32,000 nt of DNA from Wallemia ichthyophaga EXF-994 (lineage: Eukaryota; Fungi; Basidiomycota). The stretch covers positions 1 through 32,000 of the forward strand of contig NW_008806276.1 of assembly GCF_000400465.1 (NCBI RefSeq), given 5' to 3'. Both the position numbers and the translations under genes were made by a program. Below, piece after piece: positions 8,727-20,868 of the stretch; within the stretch, counting starts at the first letter, position 1, and each line of letters starts with the position of its first letter. The notes beneath the pieces were generated by a model, which made no database searches, was not told the origin of the DNA, and saw only the letters and a program-made list of their open reading frames with translations.

Positions 8727-9433
8727 TCAAGACAATGCAAAAAATTTATTATCAAGACAAGTACTTTGTAAGTGCAGAGCCGCCTTGTGCTGCAAGTCAT
8801 TGTCAGAGCCATACCTCAGATGCACAGTGCTCTCATCTTTGGATGCGGTGGGGTCGTTGCAGACGTAGTCATCCGGGTAGCAGTAGTCCTGAGCTATTCC
8901 ACTCTCATCGAAAACTTCAGGGATCGGCTTTCTAGAAAGCGTGCTGGCCTCCCCGACTACATTATCTAAGCCCATTCCGTGAACGTTAGAGTCTTGCGTC
9001 GCTGGGTGGTATGGGTTGCCAACTAGAATGACGGCTTCAATCACATTTTTGGGGGAGTTATTGAGTTTCTCGCTGTTGAGGGTTCAGGACAGCTGTAGCT
9101 TCCTGAGAGAAGCCCAAAATTGCGTATACTTGTGCTGGAAATAACTTTAAACCCTCATTTATATTGTCGATAATGTCGTGAACAGCCAGAGTGGTGTTTT
9201 GGTTTATTTCAGCTGGTTAAAGCAAGTCATAATTAACACCATTAGGAAATTTGTCGAGCGTCTCGCTTATTATGCCAGTAAAACTCATGGATGGTCTTTT
9301 TATAGGTGTAAGCGATTAAACGAACGCCCTGCATTGATACCTGGATCCTCACCAGTACCTCTGAACGATTATAGGGCAAGCCCTGGGTTACAAAAGCCAA
9401 TAAAAAACTATTGCCCCATCAAAAATTTTTCAT
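8727..9433 (-). pseudogene. Tandem cutinase-like paralogue, pseudogene
   Basis: RGTGEDP|GPSMSF...NGVNYDLL*PAEINQNTTLAVHDII...QVYAILGFSQE..(fs)..VIEAVILVGNPY...DYCYPDDYVCN...H is collinear with the intact gene. Lesions: broken signal exon, a base missing at the intron-1 acceptor, in-frame TAA, GxSQG changed to GFSQE, frameshift near 9085. Confidence 0.85.
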
Positions 9434-10332
9434 GATTGCTTGGAACGTCAGATCTCCATGACATTACAATACCATTCCTTGAGATGCTAGGATTCATTCC
9501 AGCGACCGTTTTATAGGGCATTGCCAGCCCAGCTGCTTCGTAATGTCTTTTAAAAACTCAAGCACAAAAAAAGCTCCAAGATCTGTGTGCTGCATAAGTA
9601 ATGGTTTAATACTTATCCAAAGTACCCACTACTCTGCTCTTTTTAAGGCCACGATAAAGAAGTAAAAGTTTGGAATGGAGCGATTTTGTTTGGTTGAAAA
9701 TTTCCAAGTTTCACCATAATCGTTTCACGTGATTCGTATGTTGTTTGATTCACCAAACAGATTTTCTAGGCACGGTTGACGAGCAGCACATGACGAAAGT
9801 GAGTTATCTATGAGTAAATTGATGTGGATGGACAAAATCAGACGTCAAATTTGAGCGCAGCAAGTTGAACAAAAAATTCTAAGCGTTTCAACCGTTCGCC
9901 GGTCATTCCTTGTGTAATCATCTGATAAGGAACGACGGCACGGGCTGTCTCTGCCACGTACATTGCTTGGTCTCAATTGGTTAAAGTAATTACCATCTAT
10001 TGTCAAGACAAGGGAATTGTATTGATATACTTAGAACAATCCAGACGATTACCTAAAGAGCAAGGTAACTGATGCTGAGATTGAGACTCTTACAAAACAA
10101 GCTCAAGCAGTGGGGTGTTGCTATTGCGGAGCCCAAACAGTTTACGAATCTCTTGGAGAGTGTTTAATTAACCTAGGTAATTGACTCAGTCCAATCATTT
10201 GAATGGATTACCATAATCGTCTGAATGAATTACCACATTGTCATCCATTTTGACGTGGGAAGCAGTTGCGTAATTAAATCGAGTGGATAAGAAGACACAA
10301 TCTTCTTTTTTACACTCAACACACTCACATTC

Positions 10333-11284
10333 ATGGCATCTAACGATCAAGCATCTAACAACAACTCTGAGTTTAGACTCGACAACCTCTTCTCCACCAA
10401 AGGCAAGCTCGCGTTAGTGTCTGGCGGTGGCAGCGGCATAGGACTAATGATTTCACAAGCGTTGGCCGTCAATGGTGCGCACGTGTACATCTTCTCGAGG
10501 TCAGAGAAAGTGAGACTGGTCGCGGAGACGTACAACAAGGGCGATATTAGTGGAAAGATAACTGCCTTGCAAGGGGACGTCACGAGCAAGGAAAGCATCA
10601 AGAGTCTCGTCGAGGAGTATTCGAAGCACGAGGATAGACTCGACATTCTAGTGAACAATAGTGGAATCGCCGGTTCTAAGGTGAATTTCAGTACAAACTC
10701 GGTCGAAGAATTAAGCAACAACCTTTTCAACAGTGACACATTCGAGAACTGGGAGGAAGTAATGCGTACCAACGTTAGTTCTGCGTATTTCGTGTCTGCT
10801 GCGTTTTTGCCACTGCTTAACAAGTCCAGTGAGACACAGAAAGGATGGTCAGCTACCATTCTAAACGTTACGTCTATCTCTGGCTCCGTCAAGATAACAC
10901 AACATCATCCGGCTTACAACTGCAGCAAGGCGGCAGCAAACTACCTCACAAAATCACTTGCAAACGAGCTCAATCTTAATGGCTTCAAGATCAGAGTTAA
11001 CGCTGTAGCGCCAGGGGTTTTTGGCTCTGAAATGACTGCAGGTGGATCGTCCGCCAATCAGAAATCGAAAATCGAAAACGACAAGTACAAGAGCCTCCCA
11101 AGTGGCCGCGTTGGAGATGATAAAGATATGGCACAAGCAGCTCTCTTTTTGATCCTCGACCAGTACGTCAACGCCCAAAGCATAATCGTCGATGGAGGTG
11201 AGTGTGGCGGCATTAATGACGTCATATGTTAGCTGAAAAGTACTCATTCCCCTTACAGGATACCAAGTCAATCATGGCCAATAA
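10333..11284 (+). CDS. Classical short-chain dehydrogenase/reductase (SDR), 2 exons (10333-11197, 11259-11284)
   Basis: SGGGSGIG Rossmann motif, LVNNSG, catalytic S...YNCSK, IRVNAVAPG, IIVDGG. Intron GTGAGT...TTACAG (61 nt) gives a C-terminus GGYQVNHGQ*. Confidence 0.93.
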
Positions 11285-12348
11285 TTTTGGGTGAGATGGT
11301 TTTTGCTGTTGAATGATATAATGAATGATGTAATTAATGACGTTGGCGCAGCTGGATTATTGTCTGTGATTCGGCCATTGGCCCAGAGTACCAGAGTGAA
11401 ACATTTCACCTTGGTGCTAAGTCATTTTATGAGGGACAAGTCAATGACCATAGCTTGATTAGAAAGTCAATCCAAGGAATGAATTGGGAAAAATTGTCAG
11501 TAAATATGTCACAATGAGTATTTCAATCAGTAAAAATGAACGACATTTTTAAGTATATTAAATGGATTCATGTGGCAACTCATACAGCACGTGTTTGCAT
11601 ATCTCACCAGATGACATCACCTACTATAGAGCTCTACATCCTCACTTTTCGTTGATTAAGCTGTGACTCTGAAGATGTTTTATGTTCTCCGCTGAGTGCG
11701 ATTGCGATATTCATCTCTCGTCTCGACTCACGAAGCGCATTCGTCATCAAAGATTCCGCGATCAACGATCAGCGATCAGCGAAGAACGGTGATGAGTCTG
11801 CGATGAATTGAGATTCATAACTCTGATAAAGCTGCTAAGCCGACTAGTTGACTAACCGACTAGCCTTCTTGGTTAATGCTGCCTTCTTCGTTCCTCTCTC
11901 CGTCACCATCACTGCCACCAAGAGGGATAGTCACATTAAACTTATTCAACTTATTAAACTTCGATTTCGTCTTATTACTCGCTTAGTTGTGCTGGATCGT
12001 TAAAAATGTCCATCAAGCAAAGGAGTGTGATAATGTTCAATCGATTGTACACTATATTTAAGTATCTACACTGCCTTCTTCAAAAAGGCCAGATAGGTCA
12101 TTCTATTCGCTTGCCACTGATTAATCGATTAACTTGACGGAGATAGTATCCGTATTCATTAAAACCGAGGAAGTGTCACTTTGAGGGCTTGGCGCGAAGG
12201 GTTCATATTCGTCTTCCTGATGAAATTGAGAGTCTGTTAGTTGCAAGGGGGCTAGCATGACTACGGTCAATAGATTCCTGCACATTATCTTTTTGCTCAA
12301 TCAAGAGAGAAGAGGCCGTTGCACTAAGTTTACGCGAACTATCCGGAC

Positions 12349-12827
12349 CTACATGGGAATTTCAGGCTTATATGTTGGGCTGCCGAATGTAGAGTGCATC
12401 TGGCCATACGTCTTTGGCATTGTGATGAACGGCATTTTCAGTGGCTGCATCAACAAAGAAGCATTCGCCAGGATGATCATAATTCGGTTTTGATCTTCGA
12501 AGCGCTTTCGAGCGCTTCTCGTTTTCATCGGGGAATTACCCTTTATTTTGCTAGAGGAAGCACGTATATCTGTTTCAGAATCTTCAGAACTCCATAAAGT
12601 CTCGCTAATTGAGTTGCTTCTTTTAGGGGTACCAACAGCGAGATCAGGGAAACCCTTTAAAAATTGCCGTAGTTGTGTCTTCGATGCCTATAGATAACGC
12701 ATGATTAGCTGGCTGCTATTTACAAAAGCTGCAAAGAGACGCTTACACGCGCGCTTTGTCTCGTTCTAGAGGTCTTGTCCTTCTTGCGAGCATCATTTGA
12801 TGCAGGGAAAACGATTGCTTTTGGCAT
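12349..12827 (-). CDS. Hypothetical two-exon ORF (about 139 aa), basic and Ser-rich; may be the 5' part of a longer decayed gene
   Basis: ATG at 12827; exon 1 of 81 nt; intron 12746-12688 with GTAAGC donor, CTAAT branch and TAG acceptor; exon 2 open for 113 codons. No recognisable family. Confidence 0.35.
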
Positions 12828-13589
12828 AATTTTGGTTGCAAGTATCATGTTGCAATTGGTCCTTGTTAAGCGTTTGAGTTATGGGATGCAAACGCGTCGA
12901 GAAAGGCATTCGACATTCGATTTTTAGTCAATTTCATCGAAACATAAATGGAAAATGGTTTAGAAATCAAAATCAGCTTATCAATTATCACATTTTTTAT
13001 AGGATTCCATAGATTATGCAGGCGCTTTTCCTGCTTTTCTCCCTTTGCTTTGATCTTCGGGTAATGTTTGTGAATCCGGCGAAAAAGATAATAATGAGGG
13101 AGATAACCCAGTGGAAGTAACTGAACTTTATTGAATTTTCATATCAAAGTATCAATTATTTAGCATACTTCGTTATCAAGGCTGTACAAACCTTGGCATC
13201 TGATTGTTGATAGCTTGCTATGTGAGGATAGATACATACGAAGGCGATATTTTAGGAAGGACTTTAGAGAAAAGTAGCTTTTTATGCCGAAGGGAATTAA
13301 AGATCGACGTGTCATCATTGCAGCATGGCTGCCGATGCACTTAGATAGAGGGCAGACGCTGCGATAAAAAAGGTTCAAGAAGAAATAGAAGTAAATTTTG
13401 AGTGTCATAGGTATTTGAAGATGACAACGTCGCATACCTCAGTCCCTATCATTCTCATGCAGTGGTGCCTACCTCTGTCAAAGCGTTAATAAGTTCGCGA
13501 GTTAAATGACCATGATAAACTTTCCAAACCTGCTAAAAACTGGAAGATCGCATTTGACAACAAACGGAGATAATCCCTCCGTGATGCTG

Positions 13590-14091
13590 GCCTTAAAGAG
13601 TTAATGTCATACTTGCAACCAAAGCTGGAGACTCTTAAGATATATTCGGCTAGGATTAATAACGCCTTGCATTTGATGGGGTCTCATTCAAAGACCTTGC
13701 ACTGTAAGGTCTCATATTTAAACAATTTAGGTATATTGACGTTTTATTTGCACTACTTTGACTTTTTAACTTCTCAACAAATCGTTGAACCATTACTATT
13801 TAATCTAATAAGAAGAGGTGGATGTGTTGAAAATTTGGTTCATCTGCCTTGTGGAGCCGTAGCAGTCAACTTGAAACGACATTGAAAACTATTTCACTTC
13901 AGTATTTGGAAGAACTAATTTATGAACAGTTAGGGGGATCAACATGGACTTGTTTGAAATCTGCCGAAAAGATATGTAAACTCACAAGGTGGCTACTTTC
14001 ATCTTTGAACACAGCAAGTCAGATACATTTGGCGATAGATTTAACCGCGATTTTCATGACGACTCAAGTTCAAAGCCAGAAGAAGTATTAA
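13590..14091 (+). pseudogene. Second LRR-like coding remnant
   Basis: GLKELMSYLQPKLETLKIY, YLNNLGILTF, TLKTISLQYLEELIY in two frames joined by an apparent frameshift near 13870. Family not identifiable. Confidence 0.28.
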
Positions 14092-14667
14092 TTACTCTAA
14101 GAAACATCAATCAATAAGCATTCTATCGTTTCTTTTCGATATTCCAACTTTCGTGATGAAATGGTTCGTGAAGAGGGGCTGTTATGGAGACAATTTAATT
14201 TTTTGATTCGATGTTTAAGTTGAATTTAAGGAATCCCTCAAGCTTGAGATAATATTTAAATAGTATGTGCTATACCTGCCAAGTAATTACACTTAACTCA
14301 GGAACTTACGACATTCACGTGCCTTAAAGAAGTTTACCAAATTGAATTTTGTAATCAATTAGTGTAACGTAGGTATAGAATCGCGTGTAATTTAGGTGAA
14401 GAATCACATGTCTTACAGAGCGGATCCTTGCATTCATGAGTACTCTAATGCGTTCGGCCTGCGGTCAAATAAGCCAAGACGCAATTGATTTCACCGGCTT
14501 AGAAGCTCTGACAATTAATAAAAAAAACCTCTACATAGCCATCTCATTCATACGAGATTCCCTTGATGCAGACCGATGTAATTATATATAGAAAGCTGCC
14601 AAGGTCTAAATATAAATGCGCAATTTTGATTTCTCTTGATTGATAGATATCGATAAAGCTAAGTCAA

Positions 14668-16329
14668 ATGTATAATCATCAAAATGGATTTGAAAACCAG
14701 CTACTCTACCGCGACTACTATCGCTTTCCAACACCCGGCAACTCAATAGCACCGCCTCCTCATCCTCAAGACTACGGGTTGAGAGTACAGCCAGAATTAA
14801 GCAAATCAAGCAGATTGTTCCAAACCTCTCTGCACCCACCCGAGCCAGAGTAAGTAGTGTTTTGATAGCGTAGATAGGCTCCTGACATCACTGCATGAAC
14901 ATCTTGGCAAGCAATGGCCCTTATTATAGAAGGTGGATACGAATTATAACGGTGCAATTTACGCCTAACGAAATGTAGCACTCCAATTCCACAACTGCAA
15001 CAATCGCAGCAACTTCTCCAACCACAATCGCAGCAACTTCTCCAACCACAACCACAGCCTCAATATATTAAATCACAACCTCAGTATCAACAACAAAATG
15101 TACCACCACAAAGACAACCCCCACAATATCAGAGTCAAGTACGCTTCGAGGAACCAGCTAATCACGTGAACAATCAAAGACCTCAAAGACCGCGGAGAAA
15201 GAGGCCTACCAATGAAACACGCTCTTTTGGCCGTGGTGTTAAAGTAAATTATCAGTATTCGGAATGTACCGGCAGAAAAAAGGCGTTGTGCATTGTGAAT
15301 TGAGGTCTTAAAAATTACGCTGACACATCTGACGCAAGTTTAAGGGAATCAACTACGTAGGGACCGAAAATGAATTAGGTGGATGCCAGAACGACGCTGT
15401 GAGTGCACTTGCGCATTCAATACCCTTTTAAGACTCTTTGCAGGACAAAATACGAAGATTTTTGATCAAGAGATGCGGATATAAGCCTCAAAACATTATG
15501 CTTCTCAAGGATTCGAGTGAGATGGGTCAGAATATGCAGCCAACAAAGAGAAACCTCTTTAGAGCCATGGATTGGCTGGTGCAGGGTGCTAAGCTTAACG
15601 ACGCACTGTTTTTTCACTATAGTGGACATGGTGGACGCACAAAAGACTTGAGCGGTGATGAAATCGATGGTTTTGATGAAACTATCTTTCCTGTGGACTT
15701 TCAAAAGGTTGTTCATGTGTTTCAAAAAAGTACTACTGACATCCATTAAGGCTGGTCATATAATCGATGACACAATGCATGAGAAGCTAGTACAGCCACT
15801 GCCTGGTAGGTACACCGTTGGGTGATAATTTTCGCTGACAATAGAAGCTGGCTGTAGACTCACTGCGCTATTTGACTCTTGCCATAGTGGTACAGCGCTT
15901 GATCTGCCGTTCATGTACGACAGTAATGGTGAGGTCAAAGAGCCGGACGTCTTGAAAATGGCAGCCGGTGAACTGTTTTCTCACAAATTACCTAACGGGA
16001 TGATACTACCTCTACACGATATTTATTATTTTTCCAAAAAGCTGCTCACTGGCAGGTCAGAGGACAAGAAGCGAAAAAAGACGAAATTCAGTCCAGCGGA
16101 TGTAATTATGTTCGCAGCTTCCAAGGATTCAGAGACAGCTGCAGACGCTGGTCAGAGTGGCGCTATGAGCTATGCTTTTCTATCAATCCTCTACAAAAAT
16201 CGTGACGATGATCTCTCTTTCATCGATCTTTTAAATACTATCCGTGATCACATGAGAGGTACATACAGCCAACGGCCTCAACTCAGTAGCAGTCATGAGC
16301 TTGACATGGATCTCGCTTTCGTGTGCTGA
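14668..16329 (+). CDS. MCA1: Type I metacaspase with Q/P-rich prodomain
   Basis: YQYSECTGRKKALCI|GINY, FFHYSGHGG (catalytic His), DEIDGFDE, IIDD, LFDSCHSG (catalytic Cys), QRPQLSSSH. Proposed exons: 14668-14849, (14912-14932 tentative), 14979-15294, 15345-15398, 15444-15707, 15751-15805, 15848-16329. The symbol denotes the family, not proven orthology. Confidence 0.92.
15001..15048 (+). repeat. Perfect 24-nt tandem duplication (QSQQLLQP x2) in the metacaspase prodomain
   Basis: CAATCGCAGCAACTTCTCCAACCA at 15001-15024 and 15025-15048. Confidence 0.95.
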
Positions 16330-19274
16330 ATCCAATTGTTCTATTGACTATGCTGATCAGCCATCAATCTAAGCAGTGGATAGAAAATAAACTCAATGAA
16401 AGCTAAAAACAACAAGCATTGAAACTAGCTTGTGCTTTGTATTTTCACAACATACTTCTTTCCAAAATACCATCACCTTCATTAGCAGTAGTAAATCTGC
16501 AAGCTTATCATTAGAAATTTTTCAAGGAAACTTTGAAAAAAGCCCTACTCCTAGGATCTACGTGTCAGCTTTTACTCTTCAAGATAGCCAAAATCTTCTC
16601 TTAAAAATGAAAACATACATTTGAAAAATTCATTTGAAAAATGGGAGCAAGGTTTGTCATAAAGTGTAAATTAAGCATCCATTAAATGCATGAATTCTGT
16701 AAACTTCTTCATTGAGTTTTTAATCTACACAAAGCATCTATTAAGAGCATGGACTAACCTAAACTAAACCTAAACCTAACCATCTGGGTTGTGGTTTTTG
16801 TTGAAGCAATCGTACCAGGATGAAATAAACAAAAAGATGATGAGTATAGGTGCAGAAGGTATGCTGCCTTTTATACTCGCGATTGTGCGCTAGTGAATAG
16901 AATCGGAGAATCGACGCGCGAGATCAGATCAAAATAATTAAAATTCTGGAAATATCCGATCTTTCGGGGTGGAGGAGGGCAGCAAAGCTAAGAACATGGG
17001 CTTTTCAAAGGCGTTGAATCTGCCTAACCATTGATATACCTTCCAGCTACACCCGTTGCCTTGATACTAAAAATTTGCATTTGAAGTTCTAGGAAATCGT
17101 CTAACGCGTCTCGAGTTTGGTCCTTTAGCGCGAAAATAGTTTTGATACGTCAAAACGCACTGCAAAAGCCAAACAGTCGACTCCTAGCTGGATGCAAAGT
17201 AATATGTGCAACTTGTCTTGTCAAGAATCCCTTGGACCCATCGTCGATGAATTTGATTGGGCCAGGCCGCAAAAATAAGCCCAACAATAGCGGCTAGATA
17301 ATTTAAACTTTACAGTAGTTTTCACCCCAAATACCCCCGCAAAGGCCTTCCACCTACCCTCACATACTTGCGCGTTGTGGCCACCCTAGGCGCATAGACA
17401 ACATTAAAACAGAGCGATACTTTCAGTTAAACATCTGCAGGCTTCATTTAACACGCCCGCCTAATATTTTGGGTTTGGGTGCGGTGAAGGTGGCGCGTAC
17501 CTTTTTTTTTATAATAAAGACCTGAAGATCTAAGCTATTCACCCAAAGAAGTCGCCAAAGACTTCTATTGTACTCAAATCAAAAGATTTGAGAGAATGTC
17601 TAGTCTGACCCGTCCTCACTAGAGGCGCCCACTCAAATTGCTCTAGATGTTTCTTACGTTCTAGCTTTTCCTAAGCTTAAGCTAAACGTGGGATACCTCC
17701 TCTACAGTGTTTATGCTCAAATGCAAATGCATAGCTCTTCTAAATTATCCATATCATAGCGTCTTAGCCATTGGAGACAATATATTGATGATTGTGATTT
17801 GAAAAATAAGGCGCTACCATCCGTGTATTGAGCTCTATTTGTGGCTATTGAATCAAATAGCTATCTTCAAATGACGTTCTAAGCCTGAATCAAAGCCGGT
17901 ATTCGACACATTATACGGATCTACCAACGTACTTTCCCCTCTCAGAACTAATTTACCATTATATCACTAAATGATTGAATCTCTGATGGTGACGCGTAAT
18001 TTTTGACTGAAGTCGAGCGTCTCGACACTACGACAATATAACATGTGACACAGATAGGTAGAATATTATAGCAAAACTACTACAGCTCGGTGATTATCGC
18101 CTATTCACTTTCTGTGCTAATACTGCTGTTTAAGTTGAGTCACGCCCACAGTCTATACGCAACCACCAAGATCGATAATCTTACTTGTCTAGTCTCAATT
18201 AATCAATCTAGTTGATTTTTTAAGCTTTTTAACAAACCATCTCGGTGCCTTACCATCCCTATATACTCTTGCCTACGTATCTTTTTAAAGTACCCGCTTA
18301 TGCTGATAAACCTTGGATAGCTCATTAGAGCCAAGAAACAAACCTTCTGTTAATTTTTCTTAAGTTGCGACTAAGCAACTTTATTTTTCTATAACCTAAC
18401 ACGATCAAAATCTGACTATCAATGACACTAACACTGTCTCACTACTTTGTTATGACATCAACTCAACGGATGAAAAGGTTGACCAAAACGTTCTGAGCGT
18501 TGATAATGGCCTCGTTTTATTTAATACTTATTTAGGTCATGCATTATGATAGATGCGGTGTAGTCGTGAGTGTCTTTCAGTTTGCACTTATTTGCATGGA
18601 TGAGATAGTGAAACATCAAAGTCGGTCGAGCTTTTCAAGTACTGTCTAAATTAAAGTGATACAAAGAATGACAGACAGCCTTTCAAATGAGGGAGATTGG
18701 AGTGCAGTTGACACCGACGAGATCATCGTACTTGACAAATTTAAAGTTAGTTGGGGTGTGCTGCACTCGTCTGGGCTATTAGTTATGATATGAAACGATC
18801 CCATTTACAAACCCTCAATTGCAAGACTTGAATGCATTGAATGGCGACTTGTTCGAGAACGTCGCCAGTGTGGAGGAGACTTAATTATCTACCGATTGAT
18901 CTTTTTATCCTCTTATTTTTATTACAACATGAAGCTCTTGCTGGATGTAGGTGGTTAGGAAATCAAAAGAAAAAGTTAAACTCTAAGAACACCGCTGGGA
19001 TGATAGTGATACGCGTCAATGTCACATTTCGTGATGCTGACAAGTAAGAGAAGCTGGGATGTTTTTACTGGTAACGCTTTGATTGCGACTCTGTGTAATC
19101 TCCATGGATATTACTTAGATGGAAAGAGGATCAGTGGCGGCAGACAGATGAGCTATCTGAGAATGTCTATTCTTGTAATGAGAAAGTACAAACGCATTCG
19201 ATTTAATAATTAAATACGATAACTTTTTAGTAGATATACTTTTAGAAAAGTACTTTTGCTGCGAAGGTACTATA

Positions 19275-19496
19275 TTAGGAAACTAATTCACAAGCGTTGA
19301 AGAACTTAAGTAAGCTTATTGTGTATACTTTGTTGTAATGCTTCTTTTTGTGATTGTGGAAGGCTCGTAGAATAATCAGGTTATTGCATATTGGACATTT
19401 AATACGGGTACGAGTTGGTTCGGTAAATCTTAACACCGATGTATTCATGTCACAGTGAGCTTCCCACTCTCTATAAATCTTGTTACTATCCAACAT
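19275..19496 (-). CDS. Small hypothetical protein (73 aa) with a possible C2H2 zinc finger
   Basis: ATG-initiated ORF containing CPIC-x11-HKKKH (C-x2-C-x11-H-x3-H). No other support. Confidence 0.25.
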   Translation of the reverse strand: MLDSNKIYREWEAHCDMNTSVLRFTEPTRTRIKCPICNNLIILRAFHNHKKKHYNKVYTISLLKFFNACELVS

Positions 19497-19884
19497 TGAT
19501 TTCCCACTTTGATAACATGTATTAGATGAAGAGTCTTTTTAGAATAAGAACGACAACAGAAGGTGTTGCATAAGAATGATTACATGCGCATAAAGACATA
19601 TCATGCTACAATATATACTTATTCAACTTCGTATTTCTTTATTTTCCACGTTGGCGATTTGGTGGTGCCTTTACAGCCGCAACTCACTTGCCAGCTATAT
19701 ATACGACGGCGCCAATTTGGATACAGCCTTAGGGCTACTAGGGGTAAATTTTAAGGTGTAAAAGTGCTATCGATGCGCTTTTTGCCTTTTATGACAAAGC
19801 CTAGTCGATTAAAGAAAATTTTTACAGGCGTATAATAGTCTCAATTCAGCATAAGATGAGGTTTTGTCTAGTGAAGCAATTCAA

Positions 19885-20150
19885 TGATTTAATTTTAGAT
19901 ACGTCTATTTGAAATAAATGAGAGTCACATTCTATATTTCACACCAAATCTTGGTCAAGACATCACAGCAGTTTACCAATTAAAGCATTGTAGTCTAATT
20001 TTCATCTTTTATATTTTGTGTGATTCAGCGAAATAAAATTCGATATCACCAGAAAAAAATATGCTGCATCGATTAAAGCAAGAACGCCATGAATCGCACC
20101 TAAAACCTTATTGTAAGAGACGATGTTATAGAAAATGGATTCATTACAGT
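19885..20150 (+). repeat. Dispersed duplicated block, copy B (partner at about 6425-6735)
   Basis: Same orientation as copy A, about 13.4 kb away; 36/39 nt identity in the core 20061-20099. Confidence 0.75.
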
Positions 20151-20868
20151 CATCGGTACTGAGACATGAAGGCGGTCAATTGCTAGTGCTTAGGGACTTA
20201 AATTATTTACATCTTTAGCTGAGGTTATAAAGTATGCTTGTGGTTTTGTTGGTGGATGTAATGATAAGTGAGATTGCACATACGTTAAAGGTATCTGCGA
20301 TGCTGCTTGTGAGTAGTGTCAAAAAGCCGCGAGAGCATGCCGTAGATTACTAAAAATTGTTCTGGTATTCAGACTAGATTTCTTCAGATTTACTATATGA
20401 GAGCGCGTACACTAAATTACATTGGCCGCGTATGGTGAGTGAAATCCTGAAAATGTTTGTGCAGAATACATCTTATGCGTCGCAAAAGCACCTCAAATGT
20501 TTTATATGCTATGAGGTTTTGATATGCACATGTCTTCGCATAAATTTATTACACGGCGATTAGTCAGAGTGTCCCAATCGTTTGTTTAGTTTATCGAGTG
20601 TACATCTAACCTTGACTGGTTATCAATCAGATATAATATTAAACATGCCCTTAATAACCTGTGTGCGTATGACCTAGTGGTCAAGCGGCCCAACTCATTT
20701 CACGGGCCTATTTGAGACATCCAAATTTTCCCTTGAACAACAAGTAATCAGCTAGCAGAAATCCTCGATCATGTTGAATGAATCAACTAGAGTCATAACT
20801 AGCTCAGTGTAAGGTATACGCAATCTACAAATGACATAAAAAAAAAGTATTAGTAACGGCATGTTTGT

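Noticed and set aside
3570-9433. Stop-codon reassignment or A-to-I editing rescuing the pseudogenes
   Set aside because: Lesions include frameshifts and both TAA and TAG stops, at positions that do not look like Trp; neighbouring intact genes terminate at standard stops.
18400-19215. Protein-like patches suggesting another decayed gene
   Set aside because: Stop frequency is no lower than chance and no family motif is recognisable.
20660-20720. tRNA-like hairpins (GACC-TAGT-GGTC; GGCCC...GGGCC)
   Set aside because: No T-arm/B-box GTTCRA, no acceptor stem and no 7-nt anticodon loop.
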